IMG/VR virus record: IMGVR_UViG_3300044504_000033
Coordinates: 10,103-74,102 of that record
Reading direction: 5' to 3' (one strand)
DNA from: a virus
Taxonomy: Duplodnaviria; Heunggongvirae; Uroviricota; Caudoviricetes
DNA: 64,000 nucleotides
A program made the position numbers and the translations under genes. How positions within the stretch are numbered: position 1 is the first letter of the stretch; every line of letters begins with the position of its first letter. Below are positions 9,825 to 19,201 of the stretch, in pieces. The notes under the pieces were generated by a model. It was not told the origin of the DNA. It saw only the letters and a program-made list of their open reading frames with translations, and searched no databases.

Positions 9825-10271
9825 TCAATCTCCTTTGAAGTAGTTTAAAGTGCCATCAATGAAGTTGGATGTCGCATCTCTAGCTCGTTTGACTACAGGT
9901 GCGTCTACGATATCTCCCGCTGATTTTTTAATTGAATCAACGAAAGATGGTTCGACCTCGAGCGCCTTCTGGAGTTTTTCGGAACACTGAGCAAGTTGGT
10001 CTCGAGTCGCGGCACGTTCTGCTTTAACCTCAGCCATCTTGAGCAAAAGCGCATTATGCTGGTCAAGAACACTCTCAAACTGCTGGGTCAGAACATCAGC
10101 CGCAAGATACAACCCTTCGCGCTCTTCCGATAGGCTGATCCTAACTCTGTTCTGAAACACATTTATCATCACACTCAGCGTTAAGAGCGCTAAGATGAAT
10201 ATGATAAAAGGTCTGTTCGTGGTGGTTTTACAGGTTACCGCATGTAGTTCGTTTGATGTAGAATTGTTCAT
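9825..10271 (-). CDS. membrane-anchored coiled-coil protein (possible i-spanin-like or regulator)
   Basis: N-terminal TM FIIFILALLTLSVMINVF followed by a predicted coiled coil (AEVKAERAATRDQLAQCSEKLQKALE). Confidence 0.35.
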   Translation of the reverse strand: MNNSTSNELHAVTCKTTTNRPFIIFILALLTLSVMINVFQNRVRISLSEEREGLYLAADVLTQQFESVLDQHNALLLKMAEVKAERAATRDQLAQCSEKLQKALEVEPSFVDSIKKSAGDIVDAPVVKRARDATSNFIDGTLNYFKGD

Positions 10272-10356
10272 TGTAGTTCACCTCTTGGTAGTAGTTGTTT
10301 AAAATGTTTGAAGGGAGATTCCCTATATTACGAAGAACCCCCCTTCGTAATTGTTA

Positions 10357-10530
10357 CCCAATCTCAACAAATTGCTTTGAGAATTGTCTTATAACAGTTG
10401 CAGCAGCAGGCCCATCCGGAGGCATTTTATCAGGATCCTTCTGAAGATACTCACACAAACCGAGCATTTGTTTCAGTGTAGCACCATCAATCGCATAGTT
10501 ACTTTTTGGACTTATGTCTGCGGATGTCAT
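10357..10530 (-). CDS. unlisted small ORF (57 aa, MTSADISPKSNYAIDGATLKQ...)
   Basis: Found by manual translation of the minus strand; below the 60-aa cutoff; coordinates approximate. Confidence 0.2.
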
Positions 10531-10557
10531 GTAAATCTATCCCCCTTTGACTTGTTG

Positions 10558-10818
10558 TTAACGTACAGCTTTCAGGTGTGTTACCTTGGCTTTTACAAGA
10601 GTAATCCTGTATCCAAGTACTTTCCCGACTTTCATCAGGGTATCCAGACGTGGCTTTTTCGTGGTGCCATTCAGCCACAGATAGATGGTTTGTGGACTCA
10701 CCTCGGCGAGTTCCCCAAGGAGTGTGATGGAGCGATCCCCGATAAGATCAATAATCTCATCAAAGACATCGACTTCTTTTTCCTTGAGTACGGCTTTCTT
10801 CTTTTGTAGGGCTTTCAC
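10558..10818 (-). CDS. helix-turn-helix transcriptional regulator (Cro/CI/XRE-like)
   Basis: SITLLGELAEVSPQTIYLWLNGTTKKPRLDTLMKVGKVLG is an HTH pattern; 86 aa. Confidence 0.55.
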   Translation of the reverse strand: MKALQKKKAVLKEKEVDVFDEIIDLIGDRSITLLGELAEVSPQTIYLWLNGTTKKPRLDTLMKVGKVLGYRITLVKAKVTHLKAVR

Positions 10819-10833
10819 GTTGTGTCTCCTTGT

Positions 10834-11121
10834 TTAGTATTGTTTAAAGTATGTAGCGAGTACTTCTTGGTGGTTCATCTGCGGCTTGAACTCTACGATC
10901 GTTTTATCTTTCACGCCGTAGTTAACCTTGTAGCAGGGTAGTCTTTTGCAATCAACAATCACCTTCGGGGCAGTTGCAATGAAGAGCTGCCGACGGTTGT
11001 CATACCAGCGACTAAGATACTCATTAGCGATGGCTTTCAGAAATGGATTGTGTATCGTTTTAAGATACACTTTCATTCTGTTTATCCTCAGTGTACAGCT
11101 TTCAATCGTGTGTTTCATCAC
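10834..11121 (-). CDS. hypothetical protein (95 aa)
   Basis: ORF directly downstream of palindromic operator copy 1. Confidence 0.4.
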   Translation of the reverse strand: MMKHTIESCTLRINRMKVYLKTIHNPFLKAIANEYLSRWYDNRRQLFIATAPKVIVDCKRLPCYKVNYGVKDKTIVEFKPQMNHQEVLATYFKQY

Positions 11122-11166
11122 TCATTCACCTCTTGGTAGATAGACTTGATAATAACATTTATTTGT

Positions 11167-11200
11167 TGTTATCATATAAGATACCGTATTTCCCGCAGTT
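11167..11200. promoter_or_regulatory. operator-like element copy 1: GTTATCATATAAGATACCGTATTTCCCGCAGTTT containing near-perfect 14-bp palindrome TATCATATAAGATA
   Basis: Direct repeat of this 34-mer found again at 11644-11677; palindrome at 11170-11183. Confidence 0.45.
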
Positions 11201-11643
11201 TAGTAGTAGCTACCTGCGATACTCATAGTGCCTACGGTCAGTTCCGTTATGAGGAATACACCAGATACTGTTACGGTGAGGTTCTCTTTCGGCTTTGTAA
11301 TCGTGTCTACGAATACGGTAACGTTCTTGTTGACTTGTGTAACGCTTCGTTGCTCCTGCACTATAAGGTTCTTCACCGCAATCATTGCTGTGTGTCGGTT
11401 AGTAAAATACAGGTCATAGAGAAGACGGTTGTAGGTGCTTGTTGTACCGCTACCCGTCTTAGTGTGTGTCGTAGTGGTTCTGGTGATCACAAAAATACTC
11501 ATTGGATACCCCTTGTTTTAGTAGAACGGGAGAACAGACTTCGGTCCATACGTGTGTTGTTTAGAGGCTATAGTAACCGTTTGCTTTACAATACTTACAG
11601 TCACTACAATACTTGATTTATCTGGCATTGAGTTATCCTCTAG

Positions 11644-11677
11644 TGTTATCATATAAGATACCGTAGTTTCCGCAATT
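11644..11677. promoter_or_regulatory. operator-like element copy 2 (GTTATCATATAAGATACCGTAGTTTCCGCAATTT)
   Basis: 30/34 identity to copy 1; palindrome at 11647-11660. Confidence 0.45.
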
Positions 11678-11710
11678 TTAAACCCCCACATTTTACTGTG
11701 AGGGTCTTGG

Positions 11711-12037
11711 TTAACACGTTCTTTGGAAATGAGGAGAGTCTTTAAATCCCTCCCAAAACATTCCTGCTTGATTGAGTGGGTTGAGTGATTCCCAAAACTT
11801 ACCAAGCTTTTCAGGATAGCACAACTCACCGGATAATGTGAAATTGACATCTGCGGCACACTTCTTGATATGCATGCTATTCATAGTCTTAGAGCGACCC
11901 ATCCTAACATACATCTGTTGCATCTCGATAGGTCGCTGAACCTCTCCGAGACGTAACTGGTAACCTTCCTGGAGTGCATAAATGAGCAATGCCGTATAGT
12001 CTCTTGCAAAGGCTTCTTGGTGTTCGCCGAGTCGCAC
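11711..12037 (-). CDS. endolysin, L-alanyl-D-glutamate peptidase (peptidase M15 family)
   Basis: 108 aa; SMHIKKCAADV (SxHxxxxAxD) and distal DSPH zinc-ligand pattern as in T5-type M15 endolysins; preceded by a membrane protein. Confidence 0.6.
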   Translation of the reverse strand: MRLGEHQEAFARDYTALLIYALQEGYQLRLGEVQRPIEMQQMYVRMGRSKTMNSMHIKKCAADVNFTLSGELCYPEKLGKFWESLNPLNQAGMFWEGFKDSPHFQRTC

Positions 12038-12573
12038 TACACACCTCCCTTTTCTTTCATGGCATGTAGCAGTTTATCCTTATGTTGGGACGATCTACTG
12101 GAACCAAAGAAGAACTGGATGATTTGAGCCACAATGGTGCCAAGCAGAAACCCGAGAATGGTATCCGCGAAACGTACATTTGAGGCAGGGATGTCCAGGA
12201 ATGTTATACACCCAATATAAATAGTCGCCATAACAGACCAGAAGATCGCAAGATAGTAGATAAATCTTTTTGAGAATATATCGTCCTGTTCGAGAGCTGA
12301 GGTTTGCATAACCCGTGCTGATTGAGTATCTTTTAAATACATCTCATCCATCGCCGCTTGAAGCTTGTTATCTTCGAGTTGAAGTTTGAGAAGCTCCTCC
12401 TCATGATCCATTTCGTATTTCTTCAGTGTCACCAAATCCTCATTGCTGAGTTCCGGTTTATTGAGATCGACACCTGTCTTATCCTTCACCCAGTCTGTAC
12501 CTTTTGCTAAGGCGGCATTTCCTAACAAGGATATACCTTTGGACAAGAGTGTAGTGATTATTAATGGTAACAT
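12037..12573 (-). CDS. holin-like membrane protein
   Basis: 178 aa; two C-terminal TM helices (YYLAIFWSVMATIYIGCITFL, ILGFLLGTIVAQIIQFFFG); stop overlaps endolysin start. Confidence 0.35.
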   Translation of the reverse strand: MLPLIITTLLSKGISLLGNAALAKGTDWVKDKTGVDLNKPELSNEDLVTLKKYEMDHEEELLKLQLEDNKLQAAMDEMYLKDTQSARVMQTSALEQDDIFSKRFIYYLAIFWSVMATIYIGCITFLDIPASNVRFADTILGFLLGTIVAQIIQFFFGSSRSSQHKDKLLHAMKEKGGV

Positions 12574-12685
12574 GCTGTTTTCCCTTATTGATTATATATT
12601 TAAATTATATACATTATAACTTATGCCCTGATAGACCCTCTTAGATACTCCTCTTAGTACCATTTTAGTACCTCTATATATTAAA

Positions 12686-12720
12686 GGGAGGGACGGTCAG
12701 TAGATTAATTTAACGGGGTC
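12686..12720. promoter_or_regulatory. class I motif site 2 with upstream GGGAGGGACGGTC box (AGGGAGGGACGGTCAGTAGATTAATTTAACGGGGTC)
   Basis: Same composite element as at 48016-48052; upstream of the holin/endolysin operon. Confidence 0.5.
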
Positions 12721-12903
12721 GGCTAATGCTATCGTGCACAAACATTCATAAAAAGACACTGACTAAATAGTTGCATCCCTGCGTGCGCCCACCGTGGGTG
12801 TTTTTGGGCATGGCGAAGGTATGGCTACCCCTCCAAACGTCCGGGAGACATCGGGAGAGGCGGCCAGTTTCTCCAACCCGCGTCGGAAACCGCCTTGCAG
12901 CGG

Positions 12904-13830
12904 TCAGGCCACTGTAGTGTACTCATCAAGATCATGCATCAACCTTCTTGCCTCAAGAGTTGAATGGTAACTACTTGTAACTTCATCACCACCATTTATT
13001 CTCTTCAGTGCATACATATTGATAGTTCCATCTGGCTCAATCCGAATTTCCGAATTTGGGCGCCTGCTGTGGTTCACGTACCTGCCAAAGATTGTGCGAG
13101 TTCCATGCTGACGCGCAGGACCAAGATACTGACCCACTCCATAATCAATCTTGGAGAACACCCCAAGACCTTCGATTGGTGACGATTTCAGCTCAAATCT
13201 GTTCTTCAAATGAGAGGGTAATTCTCGTAATTTATTTGAAGAATTCATATGTTGAAGAGCTTGTGACTCATCAAGATTTATGCTGTCAAGAAATGTATTG
13301 TAGTCATTTCTATCATCTTCGACTGTGTACTCGATTTCAACCATGTGTGCGTCCTTGAACTTAAGGTATTCTTCGTAGGATACTGAAGTGAGGTAATCAC
13401 GAACATTACTCTCATCGACACCCTTACCTATAGCGTGGGCATTGATCCAGAGGGTATCCTTTACGATGTAAGCGGCACGCTTAATACCGGCTTTAGCGAT
13501 GACTGGATTATAACCTGCGAGATAAATGAGACCATCAAACTCGGTCCACATATATATCTCACCCGAAATCATGATACTTACATGATCAAAGTTGTGAAGC
13601 TCGCCTATTGCAAAGGTGCCTCCAGGAATTAATGTTTCGCGAACGTAGACATCTTCTCCGAAGTAATGTTTAACGGGGGCATCCACAGGAGGAAGCATGA
13701 GAATGTGTTTTTCAAGTTCAGTGATACGTTCAATCATTGATAGAGATTTGTCAGCTAAAATTTGGTTTATCTTTGGTATCGTAATCAAGGTGTTATTTTT
13801 AAGGGCTGAAAGACGTTTACTTGACATCAA
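12904..13830 (-). CDS. SET-domain protein (putative protein lysine methyltransferase) with N-terminal beta-barrel (cupin-like) region
   Basis: C-terminal GLGVFS...RYVNHSRRPN...GDEVTSSY reproduces the SET GxG / NHSCxPN / ELxxDY motif series. Confidence 0.6.
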   Translation of the reverse strand: MMSSKRLSALKNNTLITIPKINQILADKSLSMIERITELEKHILMLPPVDAPVKHYFGEDVYVRETLIPGGTFAIGELHNFDHVSIMISGEIYMWTEFDGLIYLAGYNPVIAKAGIKRAAYIVKDTLWINAHAIGKGVDESNVRDYLTSVSYEEYLKFKDAHMVEIEYTVEDDRNDYNTFLDSINLDESQALQHMNSSNKLRELPSHLKNRFELKSSPIEGLGVFSKIDYGVGQYLGPARQHGTRTIFGRYVNHSRRPNSEIRIEPDGTINMYALKRINGGDEVTSSYHSTLEARRLMHDLDEYTTVA

Positions 13831-13957
13831 AGTACCTCGCAGATTAATAGACTTTGTGAAGGGCCATCCACTCCAGAACCAAATACGCAGCCTAGCGAAA
13901 GGAGAGTATATTGCCGGTTTGGATATACCGGATAATACCTCAGTAGCAGGCTCGCAA

Positions 13958-14665
13958 TCATGACCTTACATCACAAACAAGAGTAGCTCCTGGATACGAC
14001 ATGTTCAAGCTACTCTTTAGGTAGTTACAAAGAAATTGCGTGCCCCAAGTTATTGAATTTGGGTATACATAAGAACATTTAAAAGAGCTAGCATCAAGCG
14101 GTTCTATACCGGCTTGGACATACCCAAACTGCTGAGAGAAGTTAAAGAATCCAACCGAGTAGAAAGCATTAACATTAGATGGATGGTAGTAAGTAGTATT
14201 GACAGTTGTATCTTGAATAGCTTCTAGTATATTCATATAATCAAAGCCACTATCAAAAACAATATCGCCATTTCCATTCTTAATACGCATTCCGTGTGTT
14301 TCACTATTAAGGTCCAATTCAGAAGTAGGGCAGTACACTGCGTATCCTATTAAATCTGTGGTGTTTGAAATGAAAGTACATCCAGTACACCCTGAGACCA
14401 CATCATAGATCATCCCTAAATAAGCGACCTTGGCTCCATATGCAGGCTTTATTACAACAATAGGAGCTTGTTGCAATGCTTTTGAGAACGTAAGAGTTAC
14501 CATGTAGAATGAGATATTCCAGGTACAAGTGCTGGAAGGTATTGAAGTATCGTATACAGGTGTTATGTTGCCTTTCTCAAGTAATGCATAGTTTGAATAA
14601 ATACTATCAATTTGTACCTTTCCTGAATCATTTAATATCTTTAGACCGAAATCAGCCATAAGCAA
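13958..14665 (-). CDS. tail fibre-associated / side fibre protein (hypothetical)
   Basis: 235 aa; Ser/Thr/Asn/Tyr-rich; directly downstream of the J-like fibre gene. Confidence 0.35.
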   Translation of the reverse strand: MLMADFGLKILNDSGKVQIDSIYSNYALLEKGNITPVYDTSIPSSTCTWNISFYMVTLTFSKALQQAPIVVIKPAYGAKVAYLGMIYDVVSGCTGCTFISNTTDLIGYAVYCPTSELDLNSETHGMRIKNGNGDIVFDSGFDYMNILEAIQDTTVNTTYYHPSNVNAFYSVGFFNFSQQFGYVQAGIEPLDASSFKCSYVYPNSITWGTQFLCNYLKSSLNMSYPGATLVCDVRS

Positions 14666-14966
14666 TCACCTGTACTAATGTTGGGCCTGCTGCTAAGGCA
14701 GTATTGCCAGTGTCACTTATAGGGAACACCCATGACAAAATACCTGCACTATACGAGATCTCATGTGGCATCCCAAATATAGTTCCTAAACCACCTGTAG
14801 CAAAAGTGCTCGTGATAACATAATCAGTTATCCCACTAAGATCGAGGGGAATACTACCAATAGAATCCAAAGGTATAATGAATTCATGGACAACTCTGGT
14901 AATAGCATCAGTGGCTTCCAGGGTAGTGATACCTGCTGCATTTTTTATGCGAATACCTTGAGACAT
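14652..14966 (-). CDS. hypothetical tail protein (104 aa)
   Basis: Gly-rich ORF between the J-like fibre and the next fibre gene. Confidence 0.3.
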   Translation of the reverse strand: MSQGIRIKNAAGITTLEATDAITRVVHEFIIPLDSIGSIPLDLSGITDYVITSTFATGGLGTIFGMPHEISYSAGILSWVFPISDTGNTALAAGPTLVQVIAYG

Positions 14967-17900
14967 TATGACAATGCTCCTAACTCTACTCTAAGCTTAT
15001 TTAATGAATCATACACCCGGATAAAAGAATCTGTTATCTCAAGTCTCGCACCAACACCTCCAGGGCCCACATTCAATATACCGCTAAAGATTACATCGCC
15101 ACCGATTTTCAAACCAGTTTCATCAAATGTGATATACTGTGAGGTATCTCCAATAGATATTTTATAATTGGCTACGTCATACCCGATGAAGAAGCCTGCA
15201 GCAGTATCCGCATAGCTAGACTTACCACCCTTAATGTGACCAGTAACCCCGACCGTTAACTCACCATCAACCGTCAACGTACCTGTGTTTACCACAATGG
15301 CGGATAGCTGACCCACCTTCAATGATGACCAGTAAGGTAACGTCCACGTAGTCTGGTTGGTTGTTGGGCTATAGATGCCGTTAGTCTGCCACAGAATATC
15401 ATTATTAGATAACGCAGGAGGTATAAGCGTCCATGTCACTGATTGACCCCACGAAGGTGTAGGTGGTAAATTGTCACCTGAAACTACTTCCGTGGTACCC
15501 ACAAACGTTTGCCCTGAGACCATTTTACAGAAGGCAGTACGACCTGATGAACCATCGAGACCATTTGAACCATCGAGACCATTTGAACCATCGAGACCAT
15601 CTGAGCCATTTATACCCGCATAACCTGCAATCTGGATAAGACCTGTTTGCCAATTTATAACAGTTACCGTGGCAGCTTCAGTATCCAACAGTTCAACTTC
15701 ACATGTATAGAGTGTAAACCCTTCAGAAGCCACGGGCTGTGTCACCGACCATCCACTTGGAGGCGCATCAACGGTATCCGTAGCCCATGTGTAATTGCTG
15801 GTCCCTGAGATAGTCGGCACCGTCAACCCCCATTGGTACACAATGAAAAGCTTCTTCTTGCTACCGAGAATGTCGGAACCGTTACTCTTAAGATAAGTAG
15901 TACCTACAGACCATTCAATAGACGAAGAGAGTACTCCAGCGTCTTCAGCAATTTGCTTTCTGGCTATCCATAAATACGCTCCGACAATACCGGGGTTAAC
16001 GGGAAAGTCAAGACTCCAACCTACTAGCCCAGCCAGATTGTCATGAACTGTAGATTGCCAATTGTAATCACTTGTACCTGACGTTATCGTGGGTATAGTC
16101 GTTGCCCACTTATACATTGTCAAGATTGCTGTCTGCATACCCGTCGCGCTTATAATTACAGGTGCTGACCAAGTGAGTTCATTGGTGTTAGTTCCAAAGT
16201 TTCCTTCGCGAAGAGCCGTTGCCCGAGTCTCATAGAGCGCGCCTGTCGAGCCGTCACCTGAGGGGGCTGGTAGAGTACCAGACCACGCAACGTTTCCGGT
16301 AGGTGGCACGAGCGGACCGGAGGGGTAGGTATACGCGCCAGTTCCGAGGGTCGGGGTTGTAGGAGTGGTTCCACCTATCTGCTTACGGTGATAGGCCACA
16401 AGTTCTTTAATGTTTATGTTCGAAGCGTAGAGAGTAGGTACGGACCAAGGAATCAACACAACGAGGACAGAGGGTGGGTCAACAAAGATATTTGCCTGAG
16501 TGTGGTATAGATCACCTGTACCATTGGCATGTGCATCTGAGATTGTCGTGTACCAACCTGAAGGTGTGTTTGTCAAAGCCTGTGTTGAAAAGTTGTATTC
16601 ACCTACAGGTGTTATCGCACCAATTGGAGTTGGACTATATTGGTATAAAGTCAGCGTAGCAAGAGCCCGTACTACACTTGCCTGGGATATCACAAAGGCA
16701 ACTGTAGGCCATTTCTCGCCTGACATCATATCCATTTTAGGAGCCACTTCACCTGAAGCTGTAACCGACACAATAGCAATCGAGTATGAGTCTGGACTCA
16801 AGAGCGGTAAATCAAATGAATTTGAAGTGACCATACCAAGCTCAGTCCATGTGGTGTCTGCCGTGATGTACGAGTCAGAACCATGTGCTAAGAGTATCTT
16901 GTAAGCAACAACTCGATTATCAGGTGCTGGTGTCCAACTAATTACCCCGGATGAGATTGAAGATTTAGCAAATTCGGACTGTAATGAGAATGTGACATTC
17001 AGTGCTTGTGGCACTTCGAGCAGATAGATATTACGTTGAATGACCACTTCAGCATCTTTAGCGTTCCATGAGAGGTTTCTCACATCATACTTTACAGCGA
17101 TGATCCCAAGATTTCCATCTGCATCAACCTTGGCTTCTGATATTTTAAGAAGCTCACCATAGATTTTAAAAACCTCACTATCGACCTTTATCACATCTCC
17201 AGGTTCCAGATCGATAAATTTACGTGTGATGTTCAACTTGTAGATAATACTGGCACGTGAGAGTCTCACAGTACTCTCAGCGAGAGCTAGCGCATGATAT
17301 CCAGTAGTACGACCATCAGCCGAGATAGATGTCTCAAGCAATACATCGTTATCTTCAGAGAGATATGTTGCATATACCGTATCGGTGAGTGGGTCTGTTG
17401 GGTATTTCTCAGGCCAACTTACTGAATCTTCCTCAAAGTTCTCAGACTCATTCAGGAATCTAACTGTACAGTGGTTATACTTACTGTTTGCGGAAGGCCA
17501 TGATTGTGAGATCTCAGTGTCCAACGTAATATCATCATCTGTAATATACGCAGTTACGAGATGTTGCTGAGGCCCCTTCTCCCAGTAATTGAGGTTAACC
17601 GGGAGATACGTGTTTGCGGGTATCAAGGAGCGGTAAAGATCAACTGAAGCATCATAACCTGGTGGATACTGTACAATGTCACCTTCGGCATATGTCACTA
17701 AAGCATCATACTCGGTAGGGTAACTTATAGCTATTTTGTAGACACCGTCCGACCATATCATGTCAGCATCACCCATTGTAGCGAGGATACCTACAATATT
17801 ATCTCGAATCTTCTGCGATGTATCTACAACATAGTTACACTCATACATCTTAGCGGTACGTAAAGTACCGTCCGATCTGAACTTTTCTTTCCAAATAGTA

Positions 17901-19201
17901 CCTTCGATAGGCAGCTCGTAGCTAGCGTTGACAAGCACGGGGATGTCACATATCTTCGCAGCATTATAGAATGATTCAAGGTCCAATTCATTCAGTGACA
18001 AACCCTTGCCGTAGTCTGCATTAAGGACATAGTCCAGAAGACAATACACTGGATTATTGGAATACACCTTAGCGACACTGAGCGTATATACACTTCCAGT
18101 CTTTACGATGTACTTGACTTCCATACCTTCAATATAGAAAGATACCTCTGGAATGCCTTGAAACTGAGGGTCATCACGATTCAGCTTAAAGACCATCGAA
18201 GCATGTGCAGTCTCAGGAAACGTCGCTGTACTTTGCTCAGGAAAGTTCGAGAGCATCATAGGATCAACAACACCACCGGTATTGTATGTGTGGATGCGAC
18301 CGGTACTTTTAAAATCGGGATGCCGGTAATCTTTACCGCCTATCTCAATCCCATAGATTTTATGAATGCCCTCGTAACATAACACTTGATTTACGAACAG
18401 GTACTCGCGTTTCTTGCCAGTTTTGTTGGCATTTAAAGAAGCAGTTCCCGCATTCGCAATGGTCGTATCGTTAGGTCGCTTGAGGACAAGAACACCAGTC
18501 ACATTATTGTAGCCGACTACCACGTATGTATAGAACTTAGCGACAACATCCACGAGAGGAACTTCAGCCCAGAACTCAGAGTAATTAAATGGCTTATGCT
18601 TAAGCTTGATCGAGGAGCCGGCCTCAATGTAAGCACTCATTCCAGGTACATACTGGATGGTGTAATCTGATTCAAGATTCGTTCTGGTCATCATTGTACT
18701 GACGGGTAACGCATCAATAGGCGATGAGATCTCACTATACGTATACTGAATCTCGGAATAGGCCGGTACAGGCGGACGAACATTGACAGTTGTGTTTACA
18801 GCATAATATTCGGAGCCGTAGTCATAGTAGAGTAATTGCCATTGACTTGCGGATATGTCCGTCACTTCAATCTCAAGGAGATCAGGTACGACGTTTCTTG
18901 AGTCACCTGCTGTAAGAAACATCTCACCAGCTACATCAGGTGCCGCATACAAATAGCTTGATTTAAGCTTATGGAGTACCCGCGCACCGCCTATCTTAGC
19001 TCGCCCATACACGACAGGAACATTAATGATCTCACCTTCAACGGGTATTTGAAAACCCTTTTGGGCATCGGCAGCTTTATCTGCTGCATTCTTGAGTTTG
19101 CGCGCACGTTCCCTCTGGTCATAAACTGAGTAGGCGAGGACTGCCACGGCGTACCAGTTTATCGCATTGGCGATAGTACCCGCAACTAGAAGAAAGCTCA
19201 T
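14966..19201 (-). CDS. central tail fibre / tip attachment protein (lambda gpJ-like, 1411 aa) with collagen-like G-x-x repeats
   Basis: N-terminal region resembles the conserved gpJ phage-tail domain (…CLLDYVLNADYGKGLSLNELDLESFYNAAKICDIP…); size and position after distal tail genes; GSDGLDGSNGLDGSNGLDGSSG. Confidence 0.65.
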   Translation of the reverse strand: MSFLLVAGTIANAINWYAVAVLAYSVYDQRERARKLKNAADKAADAQKGFQIPVEGEIINVPVVYGRAKIGGARVLHKLKSSYLYAAPDVAGEMFLTAGDSRNVVPDLLEIEVTDISASQWQLLYYDYGSEYYAVNTTVNVRPPVPAYSEIQYTYSEISSPIDALPVSTMMTRTNLESDYTIQYVPGMSAYIEAGSSIKLKHKPFNYSEFWAEVPLVDVVAKFYTYVVVGYNNVTGVLVLKRPNDTTIANAGTASLNANKTGKKREYLFVNQVLCYEGIHKIYGIEIGGKDYRHPDFKSTGRIHTYNTGGVVDPMMLSNFPEQSTATFPETAHASMVFKLNRDDPQFQGIPEVSFYIEGMEVKYIVKTGSVYTLSVAKVYSNNPVYCLLDYVLNADYGKGLSLNELDLESFYNAAKICDIPVLVNASYELPIEGTIWKEKFRSDGTLRTAKMYECNYVVDTSQKIRDNIVGILATMGDADMIWSDGVYKIAISYPTEYDALVTYAEGDIVQYPPGYDASVDLYRSLIPANTYLPVNLNYWEKGPQQHLVTAYITDDDITLDTEISQSWPSANSKYNHCTVRFLNESENFEEDSVSWPEKYPTDPLTDTVYATYLSEDNDVLLETSISADGRTTGYHALALAESTVRLSRASIIYKLNITRKFIDLEPGDVIKVDSEVFKIYGELLKISEAKVDADGNLGIIAVKYDVRNLSWNAKDAEVVIQRNIYLLEVPQALNVTFSLQSEFAKSSISSGVISWTPAPDNRVVAYKILLAHGSDSYITADTTWTELGMVTSNSFDLPLLSPDSYSIAIVSVTASGEVAPKMDMMSGEKWPTVAFVISQASVVRALATLTLYQYSPTPIGAITPVGEYNFSTQALTNTPSGWYTTISDAHANGTGDLYHTQANIFVDPPSVLVVLIPWSVPTLYASNINIKELVAYHRKQIGGTTPTTPTLGTGAYTYPSGPLVPPTGNVAWSGTLPAPSGDGSTGALYETRATALREGNFGTNTNELTWSAPVIISATGMQTAILTMYKWATTIPTITSGTSDYNWQSTVHDNLAGLVGWSLDFPVNPGIVGAYLWIARKQIAEDAGVLSSSIEWSVGTTYLKSNGSDILGSKKKLFIVYQWGLTVPTISGTSNYTWATDTVDAPPSGWSVTQPVASEGFTLYTCEVELLDTEAATVTVINWQTGLIQIAGYAGINGSDGLDGSNGLDGSNGLDGSSGRTAFCKMVSGQTFVGTTEVVSGDNLPPTPSWGQSVTWTLIPPALSNNDILWQTNGIYSPTTNQTTWTLPYWSSLKVGQLSAIVVNTGTLTVDGELTVGVTGHIKGGKSSYADTAAGFFIGYDVANYKISIGDTSQYITFDETGLKIGGDVIFSGILNVGPGGVGARLEITDSFIRVYDSLNKLRVELGALS
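15551..15604. repeat. 18-bp tandem repeat x3 (accatcgagaccatttga) encoding collagen-like GLDGSN units
   Basis: Direct reading. Confidence 0.85.

Noticed and set aside
11146-11859. ORFs 11146-11616 (+), 11200-11502 (-), 11518-11859 (-)
   Set aside because: They overlap one another and the duplicated operator-like 34-mers. Their translations are Cys/Thr/Val low-complexity. The region is better explained as regulatory noncoding DNA.
12681-12698. TTAAAGGGAGGGACGG box read as a T7/T3-class promoter initiation region (TAAA|GGGAGA) firing rightward
   Set aside because: Not rejected outright, but it is not called as a promoter. The same string is also a strong Shine-Dalgarno look-alike and there is no plus-strand gene downstream. 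It is kept only as part of the class I composite element with orientation undetermined.
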